Source: Limimaricola sp.
Lineage (GTDB): Bacteria; Pseudomonadota; Alphaproteobacteria; Rhodobacterales; Rhodobacteraceae
DNA: 64,000 bases
Direction: 5' to 3'
Assembly: GCF_016125575.1 (NCBI RefSeq)
Contig: NZ_WGLM01000001.1
Span: 201,128 to 265,127 of the forward strand
Each line of letters opens with the position of its first letter. Within the stretch, counting starts at the first letter, position 1. The notes under the pieces were generated by a model, which ran no database searches, had not been told where the DNA came from, and saw nothing but the letters and a program-made list of their open reading frames with translations. The position numbers were made by a program, and so were the translations under genes. Positions 28,427-38,592 of the stretch are shown piece by piece.

Positions 28427-29740
28427 TTAGCGGTAACCGGCCGCAGACATCGCGTCGTTGGTCATGGCCTGAGCCTTGGCTAGCGCATCGTCAACGCTTT
28501 CCTGTCCGGCATAGACCGAGGCGAATTCCTGGCTGACATCGGTGGCGATGCCGGCGAATTCAGGGATCGCCACGAACTGGATGCCGACATATGGTACCGG
28601 TTTGACGGTCGGGTGCAGCGGGTCAGCCGCGTTGATCGAGTTGAGCGTCATCTTCGCGAACGGGATATCCTTGTAGTTCGGATTCTCGTAGAGCGAGGTG
28701 CGCGCGCCCGGCGGGACGTTGGCCCAGCCCTCTTTCGAGGCGACGAGGTCGATGTAGTGCTTCGAGGTCGCCCATTCGATGAACTGCTTGGCGGCATCCA
28801 CCTTCTGCGAGCCGGCCGGGATGGCCAGCGCCCAGGCCCAGAGCCAGTTGGCGCGCTTGTCGACGCCCTCATGGTTGGGGGCCATCGCGAAGCCGACCTT
28901 GTCAGCAACGGTCGATTGGCTGGGATCGGTCACGAAGGACGCGGCCACCGTGGCGTCGATCCACATGCCGCACTTGCCCTGCTGGAACAGCGACAGGTTT
29001 TCGTTGAAGCCGTTGGTGGCATAGCCCGACGGGCCCGATTCCTTCATCATGTCGACGAAGAAGGTCAGCGCCTGTTTCCATTCCGGCGTGTCGAACTGGG
29101 CGTTCCAGTTCTCGTCGAACCAGCGCGCGCCGAACGAGTTGGCAAGCACGGTGATGAAGGCGCCGCCCTCACCCCAGCCGGCCTTGCCGCGCAGGCAGAT
29201 GCCGTTGATGTCGTTGGCGCGGTCGGTCATCGCCGCGGCCGCCTTGCGGATGAACTCCCAAGTCGGCTTCTCGGGCATGGTCAGCCCGGCCTTTTCCATC
29301 AGGTCCTTGCGATACATGACCATCGAGCTTTCGCCGTAGAACGGCGCGGCGTAGAGCGTGTTGTCGTAGCTCAGACCGGCGCGCATCGCGGGCAGCAGGT
29401 CGTTGACGTCATAGTCGGCGGGCAGGTCGTTCAGCGGCACCAGCCAGCCGTTCTTGCCCCAGATCGGCGTCTCGTACATGCCGATCGTCATGATGTCGAA
29501 CTGGCCACCCTTGGTGGTGATGTCGGTGGTCACGCGCTGACGCAGCACGTTCTCTTCCATCGTTACCCAGTTCAGCTTGATATCGGGGTGCGACTTGGTG
29601 AAGTCGTCGGTCAGCCCCTGCATCCGGATCATGTCACCGTTGTTCACGGTCGCGATCGTCAGCGTGGTTTCCGCATTGGCCATCGCGGCGAGCGTGCACA
29701 GCGCGGACGCGCCCAAAAGGGCGCGAACAGAAATCGTCAT
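28427..29740 (-). CDS. smoE: Polyol (sorbitol/mannitol) ABC transporter periplasmic binding protein
   Basis: 437 aa with signal peptide MTISVRALLGASALCTLAAMANA|ET. Family 1 extracellular solute-binding protein. Confidence 0.9.
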   Translation of the reverse strand: MTISVRALLGASALCTLAAMANAETTLTIATVNNGDMIRMQGLTDDFTKSHPDIKLNWVTMEENVLRQRVTTDITTKGGQFDIMTIGMYETPIWGKNGWLVPLNDLPADYDVNDLLPAMRAGLSYDNTLYAAPFYGESSMVMYRKDLMEKAGLTMPEKPTWEFIRKAAAAMTDRANDINGICLRGKAGWGEGGAFITVLANSFGARWFDENWNAQFDTPEWKQALTFFVDMMKESGPSGYATNGFNENLSLFQQGKCGMWIDATVAASFVTDPSQSTVADKVGFAMAPNHEGVDKRANWLWAWALAIPAGSQKVDAAKQFIEWATSKHYIDLVASKEGWANVPPGARTSLYENPNYKDIPFAKMTLNSINAADPLHPTVKPVPYVGIQFVAIPEFAGIATDVSQEFASVYAGQESVDDALAKAQAMTNDAMSAAGYR

Positions 29741-29754
29741 GGTGGTCCTCCCTC

Positions 29755-29769
29755 ATGCCCAATGGGCAT
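29755..29769. promoter_or_regulatory. Perfect palindrome directly upstream of the smoE RBS (candidate operator or leader hairpin)
   Basis: ATGCCCA-A-TGGGCAT. Related CCAATG/GGGCAAT half-sites recur at 29782..29812. Confidence 0.4.
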
Positions 29770-29958
29770 TTGCTTAGTCAGTGGGCAATTATTCGCTTGG
29801 CCAATGATTCGAGTCAAGACGGGTTACACGCCGCGCTGCGGCGTCGCGTAATTGTTTGTGATACCGAGAAAAAATCTTAAGGCTTGGTTTTGCCACATGC
29901 TGTTGCCCGCTGCCGGGGCTGCGCTGCGGCATAAGCTGGCGAGCTTGATCGGCGCTGC

Positions 29959-30921
29959 TCAGGGCAGGGCGATCAACCGTTCGGCGGTCAGTTCATTGGT
30001 GATCAAGCCGTTCACGAGGTGGCCTGTCAGGGCTGCGCGAATCGCCTTGATCTTCGATTCACCCACAGCCACAGCGATCACCGGGCGGTCGGCCGCGCGC
30101 GGCAGCGGGGCCGAGGCCACGCGCCGATTATGGGCGCAGTCGATGACATGTCCACGATCGTCGAAGACCCAGCTGGTGATCTCGCCGGCGGCACCGGCGG
30201 CCCGAAGTTCCGCCATTTCGGCGGGCCGCAGGAAGCCATCCACCAGCACCGGCGCGCTCATGTCCATCTGGCCAACGCCGACCATCGTCAGATCCGCCTC
30301 GGCACACAGTGCCAGTGAGTTGCGCACCGGCTCTTGCGCATGCAGCGCGCGCAATTCCTCGGCGTCGCGGGCCAGCACCGGCAGCGGCACCGGGTAATGC
30401 CGCGCGCCGACCCGGTCGGCCATCGGGATGACGGCGTTGTAAGGCGTCGCCGAGCCGTCCGACATCACGTTGCCCAGCAACGAGACGATCTTGTGCTGCG
30501 GGCATTCCATCCGGCTGAGCTGTTCCACCGTGGCGCGCAATGCCCGGCCCGTGCCCATCGCGATGATCCGTGGTTCGGGCGCGCGCAAGGTCTTTTCCAG
30601 AAGGGCCGCAGCGGCAATGGCGATGCCTGTCAGCAATTCCGGGGCACCCGGATCAGACGGCACCACCTCGCATGTGGTCAGCGGGAAACGGTCGCACAGG
30701 GTTGCGGCCAGGTCCATGCAGCGTCCGATCGGGTGGTCAAGCCGGACCTTGACCAGTCGTTCCGACACCGCCATCGCCACCAGCCGCTGTGCCGATTGAC
30801 GCGACACGCCCAGCTTGCGCGCGATCTCGTCCTGCGTGTTGCCGGCGACATAGTACAGCCATCCGGCGCGCGCGGCGTCGTCGAGGCGGGTCGTCTCGGG
30901 GGTGAAGCGTCCGGTGCTCAC
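29959..30921 (-). CDS. smoC: SorC/DeoR-type sugar-binding transcriptional regulator of the polyol operon
   Basis: N-terminal HTH (YYVAGNTQDEIARKLGVSRQSAQRLV) plus a sugar-binding domain. The GTG start overlaps the HAD gene's stop (GTGA). Confidence 0.85.
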   Translation of the reverse strand: MSTGRFTPETTRLDDAARAGWLYYVAGNTQDEIARKLGVSRQSAQRLVAMAVSERLVKVRLDHPIGRCMDLAATLCDRFPLTTCEVVPSDPGAPELLTGIAIAAAALLEKTLRAPEPRIIAMGTGRALRATVEQLSRMECPQHKIVSLLGNVMSDGSATPYNAVIPMADRVGARHYPVPLPVLARDAEELRALHAQEPVRNSLALCAEADLTMVGVGQMDMSAPVLVDGFLRPAEMAELRAAGAAGEITSWVFDDRGHVIDCAHNRRVASAPLPRAADRPVIAVAVGESKIKAIRAALTGHLVNGLITNELTAERLIALP

Positions 30922-31592
30922 TGCGCGGGCTCATCCTGGGCAAAGCTGTCGGTCAGGGCGTCGAACCGCGCCCATTCCGAAAAGGACCGCACAGGCGCGC
31001 CGGTGTCAAATGCTTCGCCGCCCAGATGCGCGCCGCCGGTATAAATGGCCACCTGCATGCCTGCGGCTTGGGCGGCGGCGACGCCCGGCGCGCTGTCCTC
31101 GATCACCAGCGTGCGCGTGGGGGCGGCGCCCATCTGCGCGGCGGCGAACAGGAAGAGATCGGGCGACGGTTTGCCATGGGCGACCTGGCTGGCGGTAAAG
31201 ACCCGCGGTCCGAAATAAGGCGCAAGCCCCGTCACCTCGAGCGATCGGGTCACCCGCGGCGGGCTGGACGACGTGGCCACGCAAAAGGGTATGGCAAGAC
31301 GTGACAGCACCTGCTCGACCCCCGGTGTCGGCCGCAACTCGCTGGCGAACCGGTCGAGCAGCACGGCGCGATAGCGGGCCTCGAACCCATCGGGCAGGTC
31401 CGCGCCCAGACCAGTGCGGATCTGCTTTGCGACCGTGGGAAAGCTGCGGCCAAGGAAGTGACGACGAACATAGGCGAAATCGACGTTGACGCCGACCTCG
31501 GCCAGCAGCCCGATCAGCACCTCGGCGCTAAGAACCTCGCTGTCGACCAGAACGCCGTCGCAATCGAAGATGATCAGATCGGGGTACGGCAT
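30918..31592 (-). CDS. HAD-superfamily hydrolase (beta-phosphoglucomutase/phosphatase-like)
   Basis: IIFDCDGVLVDSE (DxD motif I), ATSS (motif II), GKPSPD and EDSAPG (motifs III/IV). Confidence 0.85.
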   Translation of the reverse strand: MPYPDLIIFDCDGVLVDSEVLSAEVLIGLLAEVGVNVDFAYVRRHFLGRSFPTVAKQIRTGLGADLPDGFEARYRAVLLDRFASELRPTPGVEQVLSRLAIPFCVATSSSPPRVTRSLEVTGLAPYFGPRVFTASQVAHGKPSPDLFLFAAAQMGAAPTRTLVIEDSAPGVAAAQAAGMQVAIYTGGAHLGGEAFDTGAPVRSFSEWARFDALTDSFAQDEPAQ

Positions 31593-31731
31593 CGGTCCTC
31601 TCGGATTGGGCGCGGCCAACATGACGCCAGCGCGAAGCAAACGCAAAGCCAGATTGGGGAGGGCAGCAAGGCGCGGCTCGCCGGTGCAATCGACATCCTG
31701 CCAGACGATATCAGGCCAGAAGACCGGAAAA

Positions 31732-32430
31732 TCAGGCCTTTGGCAGACAAACGCCATCATGGCTTTTGCCGTGAACACCAAGCCTGCGCGAGGGGCGGTT
31801 TGGCGGCCGGCAGGCCACAACGGTCAGCCCGTCGCGATTGCCCGGCGCATAGGACACGCGCGCCTCTCCGGGATCAAAGCTGGCCGTGGCACCCGGGGCC
31901 AGCGTGACGGATTGCAGGCAAGGCGCCGGGTTCAGCTCTCCGGGCATGCAGAGGCCGACCGTAATCGGAAAATCGCAAACGTTGGTGACGCGCCGCGGCT
32001 GAACTTCTCCCAACATGCCAGTTGTGCAACGGTTTACGTCCGTGCGCAGCGACGCCTCCTGATAGGATCCGCTGGCCCTGTCGATCAGTGGCGGCACGCC
32101 GAAGGCCGCGACGATGGCCACCAGCAGGCCGGCCCAGATCGGGACCCGCCGGGGCTGCCCCTTGCGCTCGAACAGCGTCAATGCCGCAAGTCCCGCCCAA
32201 AGCCCGATGAAGGCCATGCCGGGCGTGACATCCGGCAAGAACGGGCTTGCGCGCCAGGCCTGTTGCACGACAGCAAATACCGGGGGGCCGGCAATGGCCG
32301 CCGCCGCTCCGATCAGCGCGCAACCCCAGAGGGGAATGCGCCACCGCGTCTCGCTGCGCCGGCCCAGAACCCACGATAACACGGCCGCCGCAATGCCAAA
32401 GAGGTAGGCGCCGTCCATCAGTTCCGGCAT
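31732..32430 (-). CDS. Hypothetical membrane protein with Cys-containing C-terminal domain
   Basis: 232 aa from the internal ATG (MPELMDGAYLFGIAAAVLSWV...). It has about 4 predicted TM segments, then a roughly 110-aa domain with 5 Cys (NRCTTG...NVCDFP...GLCMPG...APCLQS...VVACRPP). I recognise no family. Confidence 0.55.
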   Translation of the reverse strand: MPELMDGAYLFGIAAAVLSWVLGRRSETRWRIPLWGCALIGAAAAIAGPPVFAVVQQAWRASPFLPDVTPGMAFIGLWAGLAALTLFERKGQPRRVPIWAGLLVAIVAAFGVPPLIDRASGSYQEASLRTDVNRCTTGMLGEVQPRRVTNVCDFPITVGLCMPGELNPAPCLQSVTLAPGATASFDPGEARVSYAPGNRDGLTVVACRPPNRPSRRLGVHGKSHDGVCLPKA

Positions 32431-32589
32431 CAACTGGCCCCCTGTTTGCCGCGGATTTCGATCTGTCGCACCAGTCTGGCCCAAAAGACCGCGCCACTCA
32501 ACGTTTCCGCCCGCGGGGCCCGGGGCAGCGCCATGCCATTGCAATCCGCAGTCGCGCGACGGCGTTCAAGGGATTGGTATCAGGGTGAT

Positions 32590-32665
32590 TGGTGGAGACG
32601 ATCGGGATCGAACCGACGACCTTGTCATTGCGAACGACACGCTCTCCCAACTGAGCTACGTCCCC
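32590..32665 (-). tRNA. tRNA-Ala (anticodon CGC)
   Basis: The reverse complement is GGGGACGTAGCTCAGTTGGGAGAGCGTGTCGTTCGCAATGACAAGGTCGTCGGTTCGATCCCGATCGTCTCCACCA. It folds as a cloverleaf with the G3:U70 Ala identity pair, anticodon loop TTCGCAA, T-loop GGTTCGATCC and an encoded CCA. Confidence 0.93.
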
Positions 32666-32795
32666 ACTGCGCCGCTATTTGGCGAATAGGGCCGGGCGTG
32701 TCAAGGACCCCACGGAGCGAACCGCGCATGATCTGGATCAAGGCGTCTGGCCGGGGCACAAAGGATGTTGGGGCAAGCCTTGAAGGAGAGTGGCC

Positions 32796-33203
32796 ATGTA
32801 CAAAAATATTCTGGTCCCCGTTGCCTATGATCACGATCATTCCGACCTGCAGCCGCTGGAAGTGGTCCGTCTGCTGGCCGATGCCGGCGCGCGTGTCACC
32901 CTTCTGCATGTGATGGACGAGGTGCCCAACTACGCGATTTCCTACATGCCCGAGGATTTCCGCATCAAGGCGCGCGAGGCGATCTATCGTGACCTAGAGG
33001 CGCGGGCGAGCGCGATCCCGGGATGTGAGGCGCGGGTGATCGACGGAACACCGGGCAGCACGATTCTGGATTTTGCCGGCGAACACGGGGTTGACCTGAT
33101 CGTCATTGCCTCGCACCGGCCCGGCATGCGCGACTACTTCCTTGGCTCAACCGCCGCGCGGGTTGTGCGCCACGCCGATTGCGCGGTGCACGTCTTGCGT
33201 TAG
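32796..33203 (+). CDS. Universal stress protein (UspA family)
   Basis: MYKNILVPVAYDHD...DLIVIASHRPGMRDYFLGSTAARVVRHADCAVHVLR. Confidence 0.9.
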   Translation: MYKNILVPVAYDHDHSDLQPLEVVRLLADAGARVTLLHVMDEVPNYAISYMPEDFRIKAREAIYRDLEARASAIPGCEARVIDGTPGSTILDFAGEHGVDLIVIASHRPGMRDYFLGSTAARVVRHADCAVHVLR

Positions 33204-33208
33204 GTCGA

Positions 33209-36200
33209 TCAGGCCTGCAGGGCGCGCACGCCCACGTCGCCTTCCTCGCGGGCCTTCATCGCCAGTGCGGCGGCATGGCTGGCCGCTGCCGTGGTGAAAT
33301 ACGGGATCTTGTCGTAAAGCGCGACCGAGCGGATTTCGCGGCTGTCCTCGACGGCTTGCGCGCCTTCGGTCGTGTTGAAGACCAGCGCGATATGCCCGTC
33401 CTTCAGCCTGTCGACAATGGTCAGCCCACCTTCATAGACCTTGTTGACGGTCTCGGCGGCGACGCCGTTTTCCGTCAGCCACGCGGCGGTGCCGCGGGTG
33501 GCGACGATGGCAAAGCCCATGCTGACAAGTAGCCGTGCTGCCTCGAGCATTTGTGGTGTCTTGTCGGTATCGCGGATCGAGATGAAGACGGTACCCTCGG
33601 TCGGCAGGATGGTGCCAGCGCCCATCTGCGCCTTGAGGAAGGCGCGGGCAAAGCTGCGGTCCCAGCCCATCACCTCGCCGGTCGAGCGCATTTCGGGGCC
33701 AAGGATGGTATCGACGCCGGGGAAGCGGGCGAAGGGCATCACGGCCTCCTTCACGCTGAACCACGGCATGTCGGGATCGACCAGCGTCAGCGGGTCGCCC
33801 AGCGGCAGCGGCGTGTCATAGCTGACATTCTGGTAGGGCGGCCGATCGGGGAAATTCGACATCGGCTCGCCCGCCATCAGCCGCGCCGCGATCGACGCGA
33901 TGGCCGAGTCGGTGGCCTTGGCGACGAAGGGCACGGTACGGCTGGCGCGCGGGTTCACCTCGATCAGGTAGACCTCGCCGTCCTTGACCGCGAATTGAAC
34001 GTTCATCAGGCCGACCACGCCAAGGGCCAGCGCCAGCGCCTCGGTCTGTCGGCGCAACTCGGCGACGACGGATGCAGGCAACGTATGGGGCGGCAGGCAA
34101 CAGGCGCTGTCGCCCGAATGCACGCCCGCCTCTTCGATATGTTGCATGATGCCCGCGACATGCACGCGCTTGCCATCGCAAAGCGCATCGACATCCACCT
34201 CGACCGCGCCGGCAAGGTAGCTGTCCAGAAGGACCGGACTGTCGCCCGACACGACGACCGCCTCGCGGATGTAGCGGCGCAGGTGGTCCATGTCGCGCAC
34301 GATCTCCATCGCGCGGCCGCCCAGCACGTAGGACGGGCGGATCACCAGCGGAAAGCCGATGCTTTCGGCAATTTCCAGCGCCTGCTCATCGGTCGATGCG
34401 ATGCCATTGACCGGCTGCTTCAGGCCGAGTTTCTGGACAAGTTGCTGAAACCGCTCGCGGTCTTCGGCAAGGTCGATGGCGTCCGGAGTGGTGCCCAGGA
34501 TCGGGATCCCGGCCTCTTCCAGCGCATTGGCCAGCTTCAGCGGCGTCTGCCCGCCGAACTGGACGATCACGCCGTGCAGGGTGCCGTTTTCCTGCTCGAC
34601 GCGCAGGATTTCCATGACGTGTTCAAAGGTCAGAGGCTCGAAATAAAGGCGGTCGGAGGTGTCGTAATCGGTCGACACCGTCTCGGGGTTGCAGTTGATC
34701 ATGATCGTCTCGTAGCCCACGTCCGAGAGCGCGAAACAAGCGTGGCAGCAGCAATAGTCGAACTCGATCCCTTGCCCGATCCGGTTTGGCCCGCCGCCGA
34801 GGATCACCACCTTCTTCGCCGTGGTCGGCCGCGCCTCGCATTCGACCTCGCCCATCGCCGGGCTTTCGTAGGTGGAATACATGTAAGGCGTTTGCGCCTC
34901 GAACTCGGCACCGCAGGTATCGATCCGCTTGAAGACTGCTGTCACACCCAGCCGTTCGCGGGCGCGGCGGACCTGCCCCTCGGTGCGCCCTGTCAGCGTC
35001 GCCAGACGTGCATCGGTGAAGCCCATCATCTTGACCCGGCGCAACCCTTCTTCATTGACGGGCAGGCCGTCGCGGCGGATCGCGGTCTCGGCTTCGATGA
35101 TCTCGCGGATGCGGGCGAGGAACCACGGATCGTACTTGGTGACGGCATGGATCTCGTCGTCCGTCAGGCCGTGCCGCATCGCCTGCGCGATCACGCGCAA
35201 CCGGTCGGGCGTGGCCTTGGACAGTGCGGCGATAATTGCCGATTTCTCGGGCGCGCCGGCAATCGCGACCTCGTCGAAACCGGTCAGCCCGGTCTCCATG
35301 CTGGCCAGCGCCTTTTGCAGCGACTCGTGGATCGTGCGGCCGATCGCCATCGCCTCGCCGACCGACTTCATCGCCGTGGTCAGCTCGGCCTTGGCGCCGG
35401 GGAACTTTTCAAAAGCGAACCTGGGGATCTTGGTGACCACGTAATCTATGGTGGGTTCGAAGCTGGCCGGTGTCACTTTCGTGATGTCGTTGTCCAACTC
35501 GTCCAGTGTGTAGCCCACTGCCAGCTTGGCCGCGATCTTGGCGATCGGGAAACCGGTCGCCTTCGAGGCCAGCGCCGAGGAACGGCTGACGCGGGGGTTC
35601 ATCTCGATCACCACCATGCGCCCGTCGGCGGGGTTGATCGCCCATTGCACGTTCGATCCGCCGGTCTCGACCCCGATCTCGCGCAGCACGGCGATCGAGC
35701 CGTTGCGCATGATCTGGTATTCCTTGTCCGTCAGCGTCAGCGCGGGCGCGACGGTAATGCTGTCGCCCGTGTGGACGCCCATTGGGTCCACGTTCTCGAT
35801 GGAACAGACGATGATGGCGTTGTCGGCGGTGTCGCGCACCACCTCCATCTCGAATTCCTTCCAGCCCAGCAGCGATTCATCGACAAGGATCTGGCCCACC
35901 GGCGAGGCATCCATGCCAGAGCGGCAGTAATGCTCGTATTCGGCGCGGTTGTAGGCCACGCCGCCACCGGTGCCACCCAGTGTGAAAGCGGGGCGGATGA
36001 TCGCCGGCAGACCGATATGCTCTAGCGCCTCCAGCGCGATGGCGACGCCCGCCTTGATGTCACGCTTGCCGTTGGGCAGCTTGGGCGCGGTCACGATTGT
36101 GGCCTTGGGGTTTTCCAGCCCGATCCGGTCCATCGCCTCGCGAAACAGCTTGCGGTCTTCGGCCATCTCGATGGCCTCGCGCCGCGCGCCGATCATTTCG

Positions 36201-36538
36201 ACGCCGAATTTTTCCAGCACGCCCATGTCGGCCAGTGCCAGCGCCGTGTTCAGGCCGGTCTGCCCGCCCATCGTGGGCAACAGCGCGTCGGGCCGCTCTT
36301 TCTCGATGATCTTGGCCACCACATCGGGCGTGATCGGCTCGATATAGGTCGCGTCGGCCAGCCCCGGGTCAGTCATGATCGTGGCCGGGTTCGAGTTGAC
36401 GAGGATCACCCGGTAACCTTCTTCGCGCAGCGCCTTGCAGGCCTGTGCGCCGGAATAGTCGAACTCGCAGGCCTGTCCGATGACGATGGGCCCGGCGCCG
36501 ATAATCATGATCGACTTGATATCGGTTCTTTTCGGCAT
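33209..36538 (-). CDS. carB: Carbamoyl-phosphate synthase large subunit
   Basis: 1109 aa, [42 protein letters not shown], with duplicated ATP-grasp halves. Confidence 0.98.
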   Translation of the reverse strand: MPKRTDIKSIMIIGAGPIVIGQACEFDYSGAQACKALREEGYRVILVNSNPATIMTDPGLADATYIEPITPDVVAKIIEKERPDALLPTMGGQTGLNTALALADMGVLEKFGVEMIGARREAIEMAEDRKLFREAMDRIGLENPKATIVTAPKLPNGKRDIKAGVAIALEALEHIGLPAIIRPAFTLGGTGGGVAYNRAEYEHYCRSGMDASPVGQILVDESLLGWKEFEMEVVRDTADNAIIVCSIENVDPMGVHTGDSITVAPALTLTDKEYQIMRNGSIAVLREIGVETGGSNVQWAINPADGRMVVIEMNPRVSRSSALASKATGFPIAKIAAKLAVGYTLDELDNDITKVTPASFEPTIDYVVTKIPRFAFEKFPGAKAELTTAMKSVGEAMAIGRTIHESLQKALASMETGLTGFDEVAIAGAPEKSAIIAALSKATPDRLRVIAQAMRHGLTDDEIHAVTKYDPWFLARIREIIEAETAIRRDGLPVNEEGLRRVKMMGFTDARLATLTGRTEGQVRRARERLGVTAVFKRIDTCGAEFEAQTPYMYSTYESPAMGEVECEARPTTAKKVVILGGGPNRIGQGIEFDYCCCHACFALSDVGYETIMINCNPETVSTDYDTSDRLYFEPLTFEHVMEILRVEQENGTLHGVIVQFGGQTPLKLANALEEAGIPILGTTPDAIDLAEDRERFQQLVQKLGLKQPVNGIASTDEQALEIAESIGFPLVIRPSYVLGGRAMEIVRDMDHLRRYIREAVVVSGDSPVLLDSYLAGAVEVDVDALCDGKRVHVAGIMQHIEEAGVHSGDSACCLPPHTLPASVVAELRRQTEALALALGVVGLMNVQFAVKDGEVYLIEVNPRASRTVPFVAKATDSAIASIAARLMAGEPMSNFPDRPPYQNVSYDTPLPLGDPLTLVDPDMPWFSVKEAVMPFARFPGVDTILGPEMRSTGEVMGWDRSFARAFLKAQMGAGTILPTEGTVFISIRDTDKTPQMLEAARLLVSMGFAIVATRGTAAWLTENGVAAETVNKVYEGGLTIVDRLKDGHIALVFNTTEGAQAVEDSREIRSVALYDKIPYFTTAAASHAAALAMKAREEGDVGVRALQA

Positions 36539-36756
36539 GGCGGCATTCCCCGGTGGCGGCGCGACGCAAATCGGACCGGGTTATAGGCAAGGGCCGGATG
36601 GGCGCAAGCGCAGACGCGGTCACGTGCTGCAATTTCATGCGACGGAGCGCGGCGCAAGGGCCCCGGCGCAGCGCGGCTCTGGGCAAAACGGGGAGGAACG
36701 CCTACCTTGTGGTGAAAGACGGGTGACACGACGATCGCGCGAAGGGATACGCGGGT

Positions 36757-37368
36757 ATGGCTGCACGACCTTCCGGCTGGATCAGGCGCCCTGCGGATGG
36801 CGACAGCGTCGGTGCCGAGATGGTTTTTCCACTGGCAGACCAGTTGGCCGCCACCGAAGGCAAGGCCGCCGCACGTGCGCTGGAGGCCGAAATCTGGCCC
36901 GGCCGCCCACCCGATCGCGAGGCACCGGTTGATCAGGCCCGGGCCGTGGCCTTTCACCGCGCCGTGCAATCTCGCTTTGCTGACAATTACGCCAAGATCG
37001 CCACTGATGCCGGTCGCGAGGCGGCCGACCTGATCCTTGAACGCCGAATGTCGCCGCGCGCCCGGCGCCTTCTTTCTAATGCCCCTTGGCCGGTGGCGGC
37101 GTGGCTGCTGGGGCAGGCGATCCGTCAGAACGCGTGGTATTTCGTCGGGAGCGGGCGGCTCGACTTGCCGGGGCGGCTGGAACTGGAATTGCATGATGTG
37201 CCGCTGCTGGTCGGGGACGATCCGGCGCTTGCCTGCCGGTTTCACGTCGCGCTTTTCGAGCGGCTGTTCCAGCGCGTCGTCGACGAGCGTTTGCGGTGCT
37301 ATGAAGGGATGCTCGGGCGGCCAGCCGCCTCGTGCCGGATCGCGCTTTACGCCGAAGAGATCGGCTAG
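36757..37368 (+). CDS. Hypothetical protein, BchJ/V4R-domain-like (tentative)
   Basis: 203 aa. The C-terminal half (IRQNAWYFVGSGRLDL...ACRFHVALFERLF...ASCRIAL) resembles the 4-vinyl-reductase (V4R) pattern as I recall it. The start may be ATG 36820. Confidence 0.45.
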   Translation: MAARPSGWIRRPADGDSVGAEMVFPLADQLAATEGKAAARALEAEIWPGRPPDREAPVDQARAVAFHRAVQSRFADNYAKIATDAGREAADLILERRMSPRARRLLSNAPWPVAAWLLGQAIRQNAWYFVGSGRLDLPGRLELELHDVPLLVGDDPALACRFHVALFERLFQRVVDERLRCYEGMLGRPAASCRIALYAEEIG

Positions 37369-37434
37369 GCCCCGCGCGTTTCCCGCCGCCGCGATGCCGT
37401 TTTCAGGGCTGCCTTTCGGAGCGCCGCAGCCTAG

Positions 37435-38592
37435 ATGAGGCGCAGGCGGGGGCTGGGACAGGATGAAACAGCGGTGAGATTGCGCTTTGATCGCGGGCCA
37501 GAGGGAGAGGCCGCCGCCTTTGCCGCGCCCCTGCGTATCGTGCAGGCCGATACGGCTGCCGACGTGCCCGCCGCGCTGGCCGCCCTTGATGCCGCTCTGG
37601 CCGACGGCGCGTGGCTGGCCGGTTATGCCAGCTACGAACTGGGCTATGCACTGGAGCCGCGGCTGGCACCGTTGATGCCTGTACATCGTCGGCTGCCACT
37701 GATCCGCTTTGGCGTCTTTGACGCGCCCACCGCCCCGCCGCCACTGGCCGTGGGGCCTGCCGCACTTGGCCCGCTGGTTCCGCTCTGGTCGCCCGGCCGC
37801 TATGCCGCGGCCTTTGCCCGCGCGCATGACTGGATCGGCGCGGGTGACATCTACCAGACCAACCTCACCTTCCGCCTGCGCGGCCCTGCCACCGGCACGC
37901 CCGAGGCGCTTTACGCCGCGCTGGGCAAGGGGCAGGCGGTGGGCCATGGCGTGCTGGTGGAGCAGGAGGGGTTGCCCGCGCTGCTGTCGCGCTCGCCGGA
38001 ACTTTTCTTCCGCGTCGATGCGCAGGGGCTGATCCAGACCCGGCCGATGAAGGGCACCCAGCCGCGCAGCGCCGACCCGGACGAGGATGCCCGCCTGCGC
38101 GCCTTCCTGCAGGCCGACCCGAAAAACCGGGCCGAGAACCTGATGATCGTGGACCTGCTGCGCAACGACCTGAGCCGCGTCTGCACCACTGGCAGCATCC
38201 GGGTGCCCGAGCTTTACCGGGTGGAAACCTATGCGACGGTGCACCAGATGACCTCGCTTGTCGAAGGGCAGCTGGAGCCGGGCACCGGGCTAGGCGCGAT
38301 CTATCGCGCGCTCTTTCCCTGCGGCTCGGTCACCGGGGCGCCCAAGGTGCGGGCGATGGAGGTGATCGCGGAACTGGAAGAGGGCGCGCGTGATATCTAC
38401 TGCGGCAGCATCGGCTGGGCCGCGCCGGACGGGCGGGCCGATTTCAACGTGGCGATCCGCACCCTGATGGTCGAGGATGGCATCGCCGACCTGTCGGTGG
38501 GCGGCGGGCTGGTCTGGGACAGCACCGCGGCCTCGGAATACGAGGAGGCGCTATGGAAAGCGCGTTTCGCGGCCCCCTTCCGGCAGGGCTGA
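37435..38592 (+). CDS. pabB: Aminodeoxychorismate synthase component I (short form)
   Basis: GDIYQTNLT, RPMKGT, NRAENLMIVDLLRNDLSRV and FPCGSVTGAPK are chorismate-binding enzyme motifs. The exact start is uncertain. Confidence 0.85.
   Translation: MRRRRGLGQDETAVRLRFDRGPEGEAAAFAAPLRIVQADTAADVPAALAALDAALADGAWLAGYASYELGYALEPRLAPLMPVHRRLPLIRFGVFDAPTAPPPLAVGPAALGPLVPLWSPGRYAAAFARAHDWIGAGDIYQTNLTFRLRGPATGTPEALYAALGKGQAVGHGVLVEQEGLPALLSRSPELFFRVDAQGLIQTRPMKGTQPRSADPDEDARLRAFLQADPKNRAENLMIVDLLRNDLSRVCTTGSIRVPELYRVETYATVHQMTSLVEGQLEPGTGLGAIYRALFPCGSVTGAPKVRAMEVIAELEEGARDIYCGSIGWAAPDGRADFNVAIRTLMVEDGIADLSVGGGLVWDSTAASEYEEALWKARFAAPFRQG

Noticed and set aside
31706-31730. Possible fourth, degenerate copy of the intergenic repeat (GATATCAGGCCAGAAGACCGG)
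   Set aside because: Only the GCCAGAAGA core and part of the ATAT segment match. It lacks the TATTT(A/C)G block and the upstream CCCTTG/hairpin part, so it could be chance.
32431-32795. Genomic island or prophage integration at tRNA-Ala
   Set aside because: There is no integrase, no repeat of the tRNA 3' end, and no shift in composition or codon usage in the flanking genes.
36505-38244. 579-aa minus-strand ORF
   Set aside because: It is antisense to the BchJ-like gene and pabB. It is low-complexity and a shadow ORF.
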